From Subdoligranulum variabile (GTDB taxonomy: Bacteria > Bacillota > Clostridia > Oscillospirales > Ruminococcaceae), in assembly GCA_004552305.1 (NCBI GenBank), contig SFOX01000008.1, positions 8-64,007 of the forward strand: a stretch of 64,000 nt of DNA. The letters are read 5' to 3'. The position numbers and the translations under genes were made by a program. This document shows, in pieces, positions 47,707 to 56,303 of this stretch. Numbering within the stretch: position 1 is the stretch's first letter; each line of letters opens with the position of its first letter. A model generated the notes under the pieces. It ran no database searches, was not told where the DNA came from, and was given only the letters and a program-made list of their open reading frames with translations.

Positions 47707-48419
47707 GATTGGATAAATATGTGGCCGAGCGCACCGGTATGACCCGCAGCGAAAGCCGCAAGGCGATCACCAAGGGGCGCATTATGGTGGACGGCACGGT
47801 TGTGCGCAAGGCGGACGCCGCTGTGGCACAAACCGCCGCCCTTGCCGTGGACGGTGTGCCGCTGGCGGGCAGCTACCAAAAAAACGTCTATATTATGTTG
47901 TATAAGCCCGCAGGGGTCGTCAGCGCCAGCCGCGACAAAAAGGACACGACGGTGGTCGATCTGGTGGCGGGCAGTTTTCCCCGGCGGGAGCTGTTCCCGG
48001 CGGGGCGGCTGGACAAAACCAGTACCGGCTTTGTGCTGCTGACGGACGACGGCGCGCTGGCGCACGATATTTTAGCGCCGGCACATCACGTCGAAAAGCA
48101 GTACCTTGTCACGCTGGACACCCCGCTGACCGAGGAAATGCGCCGCGGCTTTGCAGCGGGCGTGACCTTGGCGGACGGGCAGACGCTGGCACCTGCCGCC
48201 GCCGACCCGGCAGGGGACGACCCCTGCGCCGTGCGGGTGACGCTGCGGCAGGGGGTGTACCACCAGATCAAGCGGATGTTCGGCGTGTACAACGCAGGGG
48301 TCAACGCCCTGCACCGCGAGAGCATCGGCGGCGTCGCCCTGGATGCCGCGCTGAACCCCGGCGATTGGCGCGAGCTGACGGACGCGGAAGTGGAGCGGCT
48401 GAAAAACAGGATAGAATGA
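47703..48419 (+). CDS. RsuA/RluB-family pseudouridine synthase
   Basis: 238 aa from the ATG overlapping the ybaK stop (ATGA). S4 domain MRLDKYV, catalytic GRLDKTSTG. Confidence 0.9.
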   Translation: MRLDKYVAERTGMTRSESRKAITKGRIMVDGTVVRKADAAVAQTAALAVDGVPLAGSYQKNVYIMLYKPAGVVSASRDKKDTTVVDLVAGSFPRRELFPAGRLDKTSTGFVLLTDDGALAHDILAPAHHVEKQYLVTLDTPLTEEMRRGFAAGVTLADGQTLAPAAADPAGDDPCAVRVTLRQGVYHQIKRMFGVYNAGVNALHRESIGGVALDAALNPGDWRELTDAEVERLKNRIE

Positions 48420-48422
48420 CGG

Positions 48423-48455
48423 CGTGCCGCCCCGATGGGGCGGCACGTTTTTTTG
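48423..48455 (+). terminator. Intrinsic terminator
   Basis: cgtgccgcccc-gat-ggggcggcacg followed by ttttttt. Confidence 0.85.
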
Positions 48456-48465
48456 TTGCGGCAAG

Positions 48466-48850
48466 CCTTCCCCCCGTGGGGGAAGGTGGCGCGGAACGCG
48501 CCGGATGAGGGGGAAATGTCCGGCAGGCTGCAACGGGCGGCATGTATGCCGCCCCTACAAACCGAACCGCAGTATTGCAATTGCCGCAAAACCGCGGGCG
48601 GGGCATACCCCGCCCCTACTGCGCAATGATTGTTGTTGCCGCACAATCCTGTGATGGTTCGGTATTTCCGGCGGGTTTGTAGGGGACGCATATATGCGTC
48701 CCGTGCGGTTTGCCCGTTAGGTTGTATTACCGGAATGGCTGCAACGGGCGGCATGTATGCCGCCCCTACGAATGACCCGTTATGTTGCTGCAACCGCAAA
48801 GTCGCGGGCGGGGCTTGCCCCGCCCCTACTGCGCAATGTTTGTTGCTGCC
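48466..48850. repeat. REP/BIME-like cluster; the 5' end is a partial five-hairpin copy and the 3' end overlaps the murE-like stop
   Basis: Five GTAG hairpins. The flank ctactgcgcaatgNttgttgNtgcc occurs at both 48625 and 48825. Confidence 0.8.
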
Positions 48851-50307
48851 TTGTTCAGGATGATTTCCCTCTCATCAAACGGCAAACGTTCCCCGGCGCG
48901 TTCCAAAAACGTTTCGTGTCCCTTGCCCAGCACCGCGATCATATCCCCGGGCTGGGCGTGGTCCAGCGCGTAATACAGCGCCGCGCGCCGGTCGGGAATC
49001 TCCAAGTACGGCGTGTCGGGGTTGCCTTTGCGCAGCCCCGCTTTGATGTCGGCTAAGATATTTTCCAACGGCTCATCGCGGGAATTGTCCTCGGTCAAAA
49101 TGCAGAGGTCCGCCAATTTGGCGCACACCTCGCCCATACCAAACCGCCGCAGTCGACTGCGCTGCCCCCCGCAGCCAAACACCGCCACCAGCCGCTTGGG
49201 AGCATACCCGCGCAGGGTGGTCAGCAGCCCGGCGGCAGATGCGGCGTTGTGGGCGTAGTCCAGCACCACGGTGTAGGGCGCGTGCAGAGGCAGCACCTCA
49301 CACCGCCCGCGCACGGCGGCGGTTTGCAGCCCGGCGGCGGCAGCCCCGGCGGGCAGATGCAGCACATCCGCCATACTCAGCGCCGCCAAGGCGTTGTACA
49401 CGCTGAAACGCCCGGGCAGGTGTACGGTATATTCGCGGGCGGTGCCATCGGGCGCGGCGGCGTAAAAGGCTACGCCCAAGGCGTCCGGCTGGCGCAGCAG
49501 CCGAAACGGCGGTAGGGCGCGCCAATCTGCCTCGTGGGTGATGCCGTACCGCACCACCTTGCAGCTGTGGTTTGCCAGAATTTCCTCGCAGTGGGGGTCG
49601 TCGGCGTTCACGATGCCAGTCGCGCAGCGGCGGAACAGCACGCTTTTCCACGCGCGGTACTCGGCAAAGCTGGCGTGTTCCTCGGGCGAAATATGGTCGG
49701 GCGTTAAGTTGGTAAAGATGCCGATATCAAAATAAATGCCGGTGACACGTTCCATTTTTAACCCCAGGCTGGAAACCTCCATCACGCAGGTGTCGCAGCC
49801 ATCCTGCGCCATTTGGTACAAAAGCCGCTGCAGGTCGCAGCTTTCGGGGGTGGTGTGCGTCAGATCGTGGCGGTGTCCGGACCAGCACGCGCCGTTGGTA
49901 CCCAGCAGCCCCACGCGCCGCCCGGCAGCGGTCAGCATTGCCGCCGCAAGGTGTGCCGTGACCGTCTTGCCCTTGGTGCCTGTGATGCCGATCATCGTCA
50001 TACGGCGGGCGGGTTCGCCGTACAGCCGCACCGAAAGCCACGCCATCGCACGGCGGGCGTTCGCCACCCGTATGACCGCGATCTCCGGCGGCAGGCGCAG
50101 CGGGCACTCGCACAGCACGGCAACGGCACCCTGTGCCACCGCCTGCAGCGCAAAGTCCGCACCGTCCTGATGCTGCCCCGACAGGCAGACAAACAGCGCC
50201 CCCGCCGTGACCGCCCGCGAATCGCAGCAGATGCAAAGCACGTCCGCCTCGGTGCTGCCCCGCAGCGAGATACGCTCCAGCCCGTGGAGCAATTGACGCA
50301 AAAGCAT
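48826..50307 (-). CDS. murE: Mur ligase, MurE-like (UDP-MurNAc-L-Ala-D-Glu:diamino acid ligase)
   Basis: 493 aa from MLLRQLL (RBS GGGAGGGA). GITGTKGKT, EDNSRDE. The 920-aa ORF-track version is an upstream artefact. Confidence 0.85.
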   Translation of the reverse strand: MLLRQLLHGLERISLRGSTEADVLCICCDSRAVTAGALFVCLSGQHQDGADFALQAVAQGAVAVLCECPLRLPPEIAVIRVANARRAMAWLSVRLYGEPARRMTMIGITGTKGKTVTAHLAAAMLTAAGRRVGLLGTNGACWSGHRHDLTHTTPESCDLQRLLYQMAQDGCDTCVMEVSSLGLKMERVTGIYFDIGIFTNLTPDHISPEEHASFAEYRAWKSVLFRRCATGIVNADDPHCEEILANHSCKVVRYGITHEADWRALPPFRLLRQPDALGVAFYAAAPDGTAREYTVHLPGRFSVYNALAALSMADVLHLPAGAAAAGLQTAAVRGRCEVLPLHAPYTVVLDYAHNAASAAGLLTTLRGYAPKRLVAVFGCGGQRSRLRRFGMGEVCAKLADLCILTEDNSRDEPLENILADIKAGLRKGNPDTPYLEIPDRRAALYYALDHAQPGDMIAVLGKGHETFLERAGERLPFDEREIILNKAATNIAQ

Positions 50308-50418
50308 GGGTATCCCTCCCTCTGTAACCGGCGGTTGCCTTTTTGCCAAGCCGTCTTGCTGGTATTTTACCGCCGTCTGTGCTAAAATAATGTCACAAAC
50401 AAGAACGGAGGAACCCCT

Positions 50419-51573
50419 ATGACACTCGGACAGAACATCCAGACGGCGCGCAAGGCGAAGGGCATCAGCCAGGAGGCACTGGCAGAAAAAATCGGCGTCA
50501 GCCGTCAGGCGCTGGGCAAGTGGGAGAAGGACACCGCCCTGCCCGGCGTGGACAATCTGCAGGCACTCGCCAAGGAGCTGGGCGTCAGCGTGGACGCGCT
50601 GCTGGGCTGTGCCGCGCCCGATACCGCCGCGCCCGCCGTTACGCTGAACGCCCTGCGCGACCTGCTGGATGCCCGCGATGCCGAGGCGTGCCGACGCCGC
50701 CGTGGCGCGTGGCTGGCTGCGGCAGCCGCCGCGGCGGTGCTGCTGGCGGTGGGCGGCGGTATGGCGGCACGGCTGGACGGTCTGGCGGGGCAATATGGAT
50801 ATTTGAGCAGTGAGGTCAGCCGCACCAACAGCGACCTGAGCGCCCGTATGCAGGAGCTGCAAAACGCTGTGCGCCAGGGCGAAAGCACCGTGCTGGACTG
50901 GGGCTGGCACCCGCTGGCAAGCCTGCAGGACGACGGCAAAATGCCGGTGGAGGTTTATGTGAAGCCCCGCACCGAGCAGCAGGGCGCTGCCGTGACGCTG
51001 TGCGTGACCAACGGCAGCGACACCGCGCTGTACGCGATGCAGCGCGGGCAGGACGGCGTGTACACGGCGCAGGAGTTGGTGTTTGCGCTGGGGCAGGATT
51101 ATGCACTTTCGGTGCAGTGGACAAACCCCGACGGCACGACGGTAAACGAAAATCTGGACACCGTGCCTTTTACGAAGGACTGCGTCGAGCCGGAGATTCT
51201 GATGGTGCAAACCTCCGGCATGTCTGACCACTACCGCGTGGAAACCGTCAACGGGGAACAGCGCCTGACGCTGGCGGTCTACCCGATCACGCTGGAGGTC
51301 TGCGCGCCCGGCTGGATGCAGATCGACGCGGTGGAAGCACAGCTTTGGCAGGACGGCGCGGACGAACCCACCGCCTTGGCCGTGCTGCAAAGCGAGAACG
51401 GCACGGCGCCCGACAGCAACGTGAGGGTCTATACCGAATGGAACGGTAATTTTTATAATGAGGACACCGCCGAGGGCTGGCCGTATCTTGGCGGCGGGGC
51501 GCATTACACGCTGTGCGTGCGCGATGCCGACGGCAACGAATGGACGCGCGAGGTGCCGCTGATTCGAGAATGA
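50419..51573 (+). CDS. XRE-family HTH protein with a TM segment and an extracytoplasmic domain
   Basis: 384 aa. N-terminal QNIQTARKAKGISQEALAEKIGVSRQALGKWE, one TM (AWLAAAAAAAVLLAVGGGMAA). Confidence 0.8.
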   Translation: MTLGQNIQTARKAKGISQEALAEKIGVSRQALGKWEKDTALPGVDNLQALAKELGVSVDALLGCAAPDTAAPAVTLNALRDLLDARDAEACRRRRGAWLAAAAAAAVLLAVGGGMAARLDGLAGQYGYLSSEVSRTNSDLSARMQELQNAVRQGESTVLDWGWHPLASLQDDGKMPVEVYVKPRTEQQGAAVTLCVTNGSDTALYAMQRGQDGVYTAQELVFALGQDYALSVQWTNPDGTTVNENLDTVPFTKDCVEPEILMVQTSGMSDHYRVETVNGEQRLTLAVYPITLEVCAPGWMQIDAVEAQLWQDGADEPTALAVLQSENGTAPDSNVRVYTEWNGNFYNEDTAEGWPYLGGGAHYTLCVRDADGNEWTREVPLIRE

Positions 51574-51780
51574 GGCAACACCTTGCAATTCCCGCCTGAC
51601 GGCTTAAGTACCGCTCCGACGGCTGCGGCACACCCTCTGCGTTGCAAAAATGCTCGATAATACACAAAGTATTATCTGCGCTTTTTGCTTAGCAGCCGGT
51701 GTACCTCGCTCGCCGTATCGGTACTTAGAATTGTGCGGTATTGCCTTAAAAAACAAATTTAAAAAAAGTTGAAAAATCGC

Positions 51781-51809
51781 TTGACAAATGCGCCCGGCGT
51801 TGCTATAAT
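51781..51809 (+). promoter_or_regulatory. Consensus promoter of the tRNA cluster
   Basis: TTGACA-N17-TATAAT, preceded by the A-rich tract aaaaaacaaatttaaaaaaagttgaaaaa. Confidence 0.7.
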
Positions 51810-51842
51810 ATCCCTTGCAAATGCCTTTGTGGGCAAGAATCT

Positions 51843-51916
<74 letters not shown>

Positions 51917-51919
51917 TAT

Positions 51920-51997
51920 GGTGCCTATGGCGCAGTTGGTTAGCGCGCCAGATTGTGGCTCTGGAGGCCGAGAGTTCGAATCTCTCTAGGCACCCCA
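51920..51997 (+). tRNA. tRNA-His (anticodon GTG) with encoded G-1 and CCA
   Basis: Extra 5' G, acceptor GTGCCTA/TAGGCAC, anticodon loop TTGTGGC, T-loop TTCGAAT, then C-CCA. Confidence 0.9.
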
Positions 51998-52044
51998 CCA
52001 AAAAACCGTGTAGGCAAAGCACCCGCACGGTTTTTTATTTTTAC

Positions 52045-52119
52045 TGGGCCGTCGCCAAGCGGTAAGGCAGAGGACTTTGACTCCTCCATCCGTCGGTTCA
52101 AATCCGGCCGGCCCAACCA
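52045..52119 (+). tRNA. tRNA-Gln (anticodon TTG) with encoded CCA
   Basis: Acceptor TGGGCCG/CGGCCCA, anticodon loop CTTTGAC, T-loop TTCAAAT. Confidence 0.9.
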
Positions 52120-52120
52120 A

Positions 52121-52155
52121 CGCATCCCTCGTATGGGGGATGCGGTTTTTTATTT
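52121..52155 (+). terminator. Terminator of the tRNA cluster
   Basis: cgcatccc-tcgtatgg-gggatgcg followed by ttttttatttt. Confidence 0.8.
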
Positions 52156-52199
52156 TGCGGGTGTTTTACAAGGGTTGTATAGGTCTGGATCTTATAAAA

Positions 52200-52235
52200 A
52201 AGGACGCAGTTTCGTAAGAAACTGCGTCCTTTTTT
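52200..52235. terminator. Bidirectional terminator-shaped hairpin
   Basis: aaaaaaggacgcagtttc-gtaa-gaaactgcgtcctttttt. Confidence 0.65.
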
Positions 52236-52300
52236 AGAGTTAAGAGTGGAGAGTTGAGAGTTTAGATAAGGTATGCCGCCCGAGGGGCGGCATTTTTTGT
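52235..52300 (+). repeat. Heptad-repeat + hairpin module (M10)
   Basis: TAGAGTT AAGAGTG GAGAGTT GAGAGTT TAGATAA GG TATGCCGCCC-gag-GGGCGGCAT TTTTT. Confidence 0.85.
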
Positions 52301-52495
52301 AAAAAACCTAATGGGACGGTTGCGAACCTTCGGAGGGTTTGTAGGGGACGCATAGATGCGTCCCGTGCGGTTTTCCCGTTAGGTCGATTTGCCGGGATGG
52401 CTGCAACGGGCGGCATATATGCCGCCCCTACGAACCAACCCATTATATTCATTATAATATATACGGTCGCGGGCGGGGCGTGCCCCGCCCCTACA
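52301..52495. repeat. REP-like cluster (3 units)
   Basis: gtaggggacgcatagatgcgtccc, gggcggcatatatgccgcccctac, gggcggggcgtgccccgcccctac. Confidence 0.85.
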
Positions 52496-52537
52496 CATTC
52501 TTGGTCTATTGATTGAGATTTTTTACGGGATTCAGCA

Positions 52538-53179
52538 TTACCGCATCTGCAAAAATTGCTGCAAAATGCGCAGACCTACGGTGCCGGATTTTTCGGGGTG
52601 GAACTGGCAGCCCAGCACGCTGCCGCGCATAGCGGCGGCGCACACCGGGCGTCCGCCGTAGGGTGTGTCGGCAAGGCGGTCGGCATCGTTGGCGGGTTTT
52701 GCTTCGTAGCTATGGATAAAATAGCATTCCTCGCCGGGGCGCAGCAGCGCCAGGGGCGTGCCGGAAAAATCCGTGCGTCCCCCTGCGGGCAGTAGCGGAT
52801 CCCAGTTGACGTGCGGCACGCGCTGCGGTGTGCCGTCGGCGGCAGTGTCGGGCAGGCGAACCACCCGCCCCGGAATCAGCCCCAGCCCGGCGTAATGCCC
52901 GAACTCCTCGGACTCGTCAAACAGCATCTGCATACCCAGACAAATGCCCAAAAGCGGCGTGCCGCTCTGCGCCTTTTGCCGCAGCGGCTCCACCAGACCC
53001 AGCCGGGCAAGCCCCGCCATACCGTCCCGGAATGCCCCCACGCCGGGCAAAACCAGCGCATCGGCGCGCAAAATGTCCTGCGCGTCGCCGGTCGTCAGCG
53101 TTTCGGCACCCAAATGCGCAAAGGCGTGCTGCACGCTCAGCAAATTGGACAGCCCGTAGTTGACAATGGTTACCTTCAT
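52538..53179 (-). CDS. HisH-like glutamine amidotransferase (WbuY-type, glycan context)
   Basis: 213 aa. GICLGMQ, QFHPEKS. Its ATG overlaps the hisF-like stop (ATGA). Confidence 0.85.
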   Translation of the reverse strand: MKVTIVNYGLSNLLSVQHAFAHLGAETLTTGDAQDILRADALVLPGVGAFRDGMAGLARLGLVEPLRQKAQSGTPLLGICLGMQMLFDESEEFGHYAGLGLIPGRVVRLPDTAADGTPQRVPHVNWDPLLPAGGRTDFSGTPLALLRPGEECYFIHSYEAKPANDADRLADTPYGGRPVCAAAMRGSVLGCQFHPEKSGTVGLRILQQFLQMR

Positions 53180-53940
53180 ACGCAGCGCACCTCCACACCG
53201 TCAGCGCGCAGATCGTCCTTCAATTCCGCAACGCTTTCCTTATTATAATGCAATACGGCGGCGCACGCCACGGCATCCGCTCCGGCGTTGGCAGCGTCGG
53301 CAATGTCATCGCCGCAGCCCACGCCGCCGCCGCAGATCACCGGCACGCTTACGGCGTCGGTCACGGCGCGGATCAGCTCTAAATCCATACCGGACTGCAG
53401 CCCCTCGCAATCGACGCTGGTGAGCAGGATCTCCCCGGCACCCAGCGCGGCGCCGCGCTTTGCCCACTCGACAACGTCATAGCCGGAATGGGCGCGTCCG
53501 TTGTCGTAGTAAGCCTCCCACCGTCCCGGCCAGGTGCGGCTGCGCTTGGCTTGGATGGACAACACCATACACTGGCTGCCGAAGGCTTCGGCAACCTCGG
53601 TAATCAGCGCGGGACGCTTGATGGCTGCCGTGTTGATGGCGACCTTATCGGCACCCGCCGCCAGAATGGCGCGCACATCCTCAACACTGCGCAGACCACC
53701 GCCCACGCAGACGGGGATGAACACCTCGTCCACGGTTTTGCGCACGATGTCGCTTAAATTGTTGCGGTTGTACAGGCTGGCAACGATGTCGATGTACAGC
53801 AGCTCGTCAATGCCCTGCTCATAGTAGCGCTTGGCAAAGTCGTTGGGGTTGCCGAGCTTGCGCAGCCCCTCAAGCTGGATGCCCTTGACAAGGTTTTCGT
53901 CCTTGACGTCCAGCCGGGCGATCAGGCGGAGTTTTTTCAC
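53176..53940 (-). CDS. HisF-like cyclase subunit (WbuZ-type)
   Basis: 254 aa. (beta/alpha)8 HisF motifs (ARLDVKD, DELLYIDI, GGGL, ICGGGVG). GTG start. Confidence 0.85.
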   Translation of the reverse strand: MKKLRLIARLDVKDENLVKGIQLEGLRKLGNPNDFAKRYYEQGIDELLYIDIVASLYNRNNLSDIVRKTVDEVFIPVCVGGGLRSVEDVRAILAAGADKVAINTAAIKRPALITEVAEAFGSQCMVLSIQAKRSRTWPGRWEAYYDNGRAHSGYDVVEWAKRGAALGAGEILLTSVDCEGLQSGMDLELIRAVTDAVSVPVICGGGVGCGDDIADAANAGADAVACAAVLHYNKESVAELKDDLRADGVEVRCV

Positions 53941-54015
53941 AATTCAGGTCCCCTTTTGTTGAAAAAATGAAGAAACGGGCGGCGGGTTCAAGCAGCGAAC
54001 CCGCGAACGCTGCCG

Positions 54016-55389
54016 TTACATTTCGTGGTGCGTGCCTTTGGGGTCGCCCCACAGAACCTCGCTGTCACCCTCGTAGGGGGTGTGACGCAGCTTCCAGATA
54101 CCGTCCTCCCACTTCCACAGATGCGGCGAGCGGAAACGGTCGGCAAGGTGCATAAAGTATTCGCGGTCCATCTTGGGCTGCTCAAAGCAGCGGGATGCCT
54201 GCGGGAAATTTTTGCGGTCGATCGAAAGATACTGGAAAATCTCCTTCTCGAAACGGTCGGGGTATTCGCCGTCAAATTTTTTGCAGAGCGCCTTTGCCTC
54301 GTCCAGCGTGATCTCCTCGTTGCGAATTTCCTGCGCGGCGTCGTAGGTCGTGCGCCCGATGCCGTACTTGATGTAGGTCGTGTAGTAGAAGAAATCGTCG
54401 ATCTTATCATCGATGGAATTGTACTTGGAGTAGGTACCCTGCGTGCGCTCGGGCGCGGGGCGGAAACCGCCGTGTTCCACGCTGTAATAGTACGCGCCCT
54501 GCGGGTGCCATTTTTCGTAGTAGCCCAGATACCGCACCTGAATGTGGTTCTTTTCGAGGTTGCTGGTTTCGCCCGGCAGGTAGATGGCAAGGTCGGCCTT
54601 GTCCACCTTGTAGTCCTCCTCCAGCTCACGCAGGCTGACGCCGCCCAGATAAATGTGGTCGTAGTCGTTCACGGCAAAAAAATGCTCGTCGCGCAGGGCA
54701 GAGTTATTGTCGGCAATGGGGTTGCCGAACTCCGCCTCGTTCTCGCCGTAGAACACCAGCGGGATGCCGAACTTGGCGGCCATCTTGGGCGCCAGCTGCT
54801 TTTGCCCCAAAATAAACGGCTGGAACGGGTGGAACAGGTTTTCGGTGGCAAGGCGGGTCAGCAGGCGGTGGGTCTGCCCGTTGGGGGTACACAGGTAGTT
54901 GTCGAACCCGGCGTGGATCCACGCCTGCATATTGTCCCAACCCCACGGCGTGTAGATGTGGGGCGCCCACGTCACGGTCAGCGGGTGCATACCGTACTTG
55001 TATTTCAGCAGGTGGGCGGCGTAAAAGCTGTCCTTGCCGCCGGAGCCGGGGACAAGGCAGTCATAGCTGCCGTCAGTCTTGCGGTATTCGTCACACAGCT
55101 CGCGCAGCTCTTTTTCGCGCAGCGCCCAGTCGATGTGACCGTTGGCTTTGTTGTGGCAGGCGTGGCAGGCATCGCAGACGCCGTCGTCCTGAATGACCAT
55201 CGTCTTTTTCAGCGATTGGGCGGTATGCTCAAACTCGTAGCAGGAGTTGGGCTTTTGGTTGCTCATCACGCACTCCTTGCAAAACTGGACGTGCCGGGGC
55301 AGACCGTAGTAGACCTCGCGGGCATCCTCGGGGATGTCGGGGGCGTATTTGGTGTAATCAATGTCGATATAGCGGGGATTCTTTTCCAT
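54016..55389 (-). CDS. N-acetyl sugar amidotransferase (PP-loop ATPase, WbuX/WbpG-like)
   Basis: 457 aa. Zn-ribbon-like CKEC...CDAC at the N-terminus, PP-loop PGSGGKDS. Confidence 0.85.
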   Translation of the reverse strand: MEKNPRYIDIDYTKYAPDIPEDAREVYYGLPRHVQFCKECVMSNQKPNSCYEFEHTAQSLKKTMVIQDDGVCDACHACHNKANGHIDWALREKELRELCDEYRKTDGSYDCLVPGSGGKDSFYAAHLLKYKYGMHPLTVTWAPHIYTPWGWDNMQAWIHAGFDNYLCTPNGQTHRLLTRLATENLFHPFQPFILGQKQLAPKMAAKFGIPLVFYGENEAEFGNPIADNNSALRDEHFFAVNDYDHIYLGGVSLRELEEDYKVDKADLAIYLPGETSNLEKNHIQVRYLGYYEKWHPQGAYYYSVEHGGFRPAPERTQGTYSKYNSIDDKIDDFFYYTTYIKYGIGRTTYDAAQEIRNEEITLDEAKALCKKFDGEYPDRFEKEIFQYLSIDRKNFPQASRCFEQPKMDREYFMHLADRFRSPHLWKWEDGIWKLRHTPYEGDSEVLWGDPKGTHHEM

Positions 55390-55414
55390 ATTTTCTGCAC
55401 TCCTATCGGCGGCA

Positions 55415-55461
55415 AAACAAAAAAGGCACCGTTTGACAGGATATCCCTGTCAAACAGCACC
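55415..55461 (-). terminator. Leader terminator/attenuator immediately upstream of the amidotransferase RBS
   Basis: Minus strand ggtgctgtttgacagg-gata-tcctgtcaaacggtgcc (about 16 bp including G-U pairs) followed by ttttttgttttg. It ends 25 nt before the ATG. Confidence 0.6.
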
Positions 55462-55476
55462 TTTGCCGTTACGGTG

Positions 55477-55505
55477 ATTATACCACGAAGAAACACAGGA
55501 TGCAA
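55477..55505 (-). promoter_or_regulatory. Candidate promoter P2 of the amidotransferase operon
   Basis: Minus strand TTGCAT-N17-TATAAT with TGg extended -10. Confidence 0.5.
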
Positions 55506-55561
55506 GAGCCAAACCGCAGGAACTTTGAAAAATATATGGCCCGGCGGAAAAAGCAGAAAAA

Positions 55562-55658
55562 CACAAAAGCCCGCAGAAATCTGCGGGCTTTTGTGCATAG
55601 AGGGGTGGGAAAGTATATAAAGGTCAGTGAATGTCTATGTTGATTACAATAGTTATTA
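55562..55658 (-). ncRNA. Candidate ~95-nt non-coding transcript (promoter P1 to terminator), function unknown
   Basis: Bounded by TTGACA-N16-TATAAT (55665-55692) and the hairpin aaagcccgcag-attt-ctgcgggcttt plus tgtgttttt. No RBS-preceded ORF lies inside. Confidence 0.25.
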
Positions 55659-55664
55659 TACCTT

Positions 55665-55692
55665 TTTTTCTTAAAATGTCAAACTTCCCCCT
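55665..55692 (-). promoter_or_regulatory. Candidate promoter P1
   Basis: Minus strand TTGACA-N16-TATAAT in an AT-rich spacer. Confidence 0.5.
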
Positions 55693-55701
55693 TGTATTTT
55701 C

Positions 55702-55730
55702 TTTTTCAAAAGATTATAATATTGCAGAAA
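55702..55730 (+). promoter_or_regulatory. Candidate promoter of the Lrp/GT2 pair
   Basis: TTGTAT-N17-TATAAT. Leaves a ~125-nt AT-rich leader. Confidence 0.5.
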
Positions 55731-55860
55731 TAACTTTATTTTATTTAGTAATTTTCCGTTAAATTCACTTTTGAAGCAATATACAAACAGCACAAGGCGT
55801 TTTTTCTTGATTTTATTTTTTTGTGCGCATTATACAAACCCAAGAAAGAGGAAGTTCCCC

Positions 55861-56292
55861 ATGGATGAATTAGACCACAAGATCGTTCAGCTCTTAGCCG
55901 AAAATGCACGTATGCCCGTCAAGGACATTGCCCAGCACGTCAGCCTGACCAGCCCTGCCGTGTCCAGCCGTATCCACCGCTTGGAGCAGGAGGGCGTCAT
56001 TGCCGGGTACACCGTGGTGCTGCACCGCCCCGATACCCCCGCCCGGGTCGAGGCGCTGATCTCGGTGCTGGTGGACGCCACCACCCGCGCGGACTTTTTG
56101 TCGCTGGTGGACGAGGAGCCGCAGGTGCTGCAATGCTACCGCGTGACCGGCAGCTACAACTTTATGGTCAAGGTAAGCTGCACCGACATTGACGCGCTGG
56201 AGCATCTGCTGACCCGTATGCAGAAGCTCGGCTCGACCAACACGCAGATCATCTTGAACACCCAGCTGGACCGCAGCCTGCTGCTGGACTAA
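55861..56292 (+). CDS. Lrp/AsnC-family transcriptional regulator
   Basis: 143 aa from MDELDHKIVQLL. HTH VKDIAQHVSLTSPAVSSRIHRLEQEGVI plus an RAM domain. Confidence 0.9.
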   Translation: MDELDHKIVQLLAENARMPVKDIAQHVSLTSPAVSSRIHRLEQEGVIAGYTVVLHRPDTPARVEALISVLVDATTRADFLSLVDEEPQVLQCYRVTGSYNFMVKVSCTDIDALEHLLTRMQKLGSTNTQIILNTQLDRSLLLD

Positions 56293-56303
56293 AAGGAGCC
56301 GAC

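Noticed and set aside
48826-51588. 920-aa ORF in the track
   Set aside because: Only the C-terminal 493 aa (from MLLRQLL, preceded by GGGAGGGA) look like a Mur ligase. The upstream 427 aa are antisense to the well-supported HTH gene at 50419-51573.
51590-51760. Possible structured RNA upstream of the tRNA promoter (taagtaccg ... cggtactta inverted repeat, gataatac/gtattatc hairpin)
   Set aside because: The arms are short and the order of the complementary blocks is not consistent with one fold. I could not identify a promoter. It is probably the terminator region of the HTH gene.
51998-52040. Terminator between tRNA-His and tRNA-Gln
   Set aside because: The stem is only about 5 GC/AU-mixed bp (ccgtg/cacgg) with a 15-nt loop. 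The T-run is good, but the hairpin is too weak to call. It may simply be a processing spacer.
52538-53940. HisH/HisF as histidine-biosynthesis genes
   Set aside because: No other his genes are adjacent, and the pair is coupled to a PP-loop N-acetyl sugar amidotransferase, which is the WbuXYZ-type arrangement. This cannot be fully excluded without the rest of the genome.
55266-55598. 110-aa ORF spanning the amidotransferase leader
   Set aside because: It has no RBS, overlaps the amidotransferase start out of frame, and runs through two terminator hairpins.
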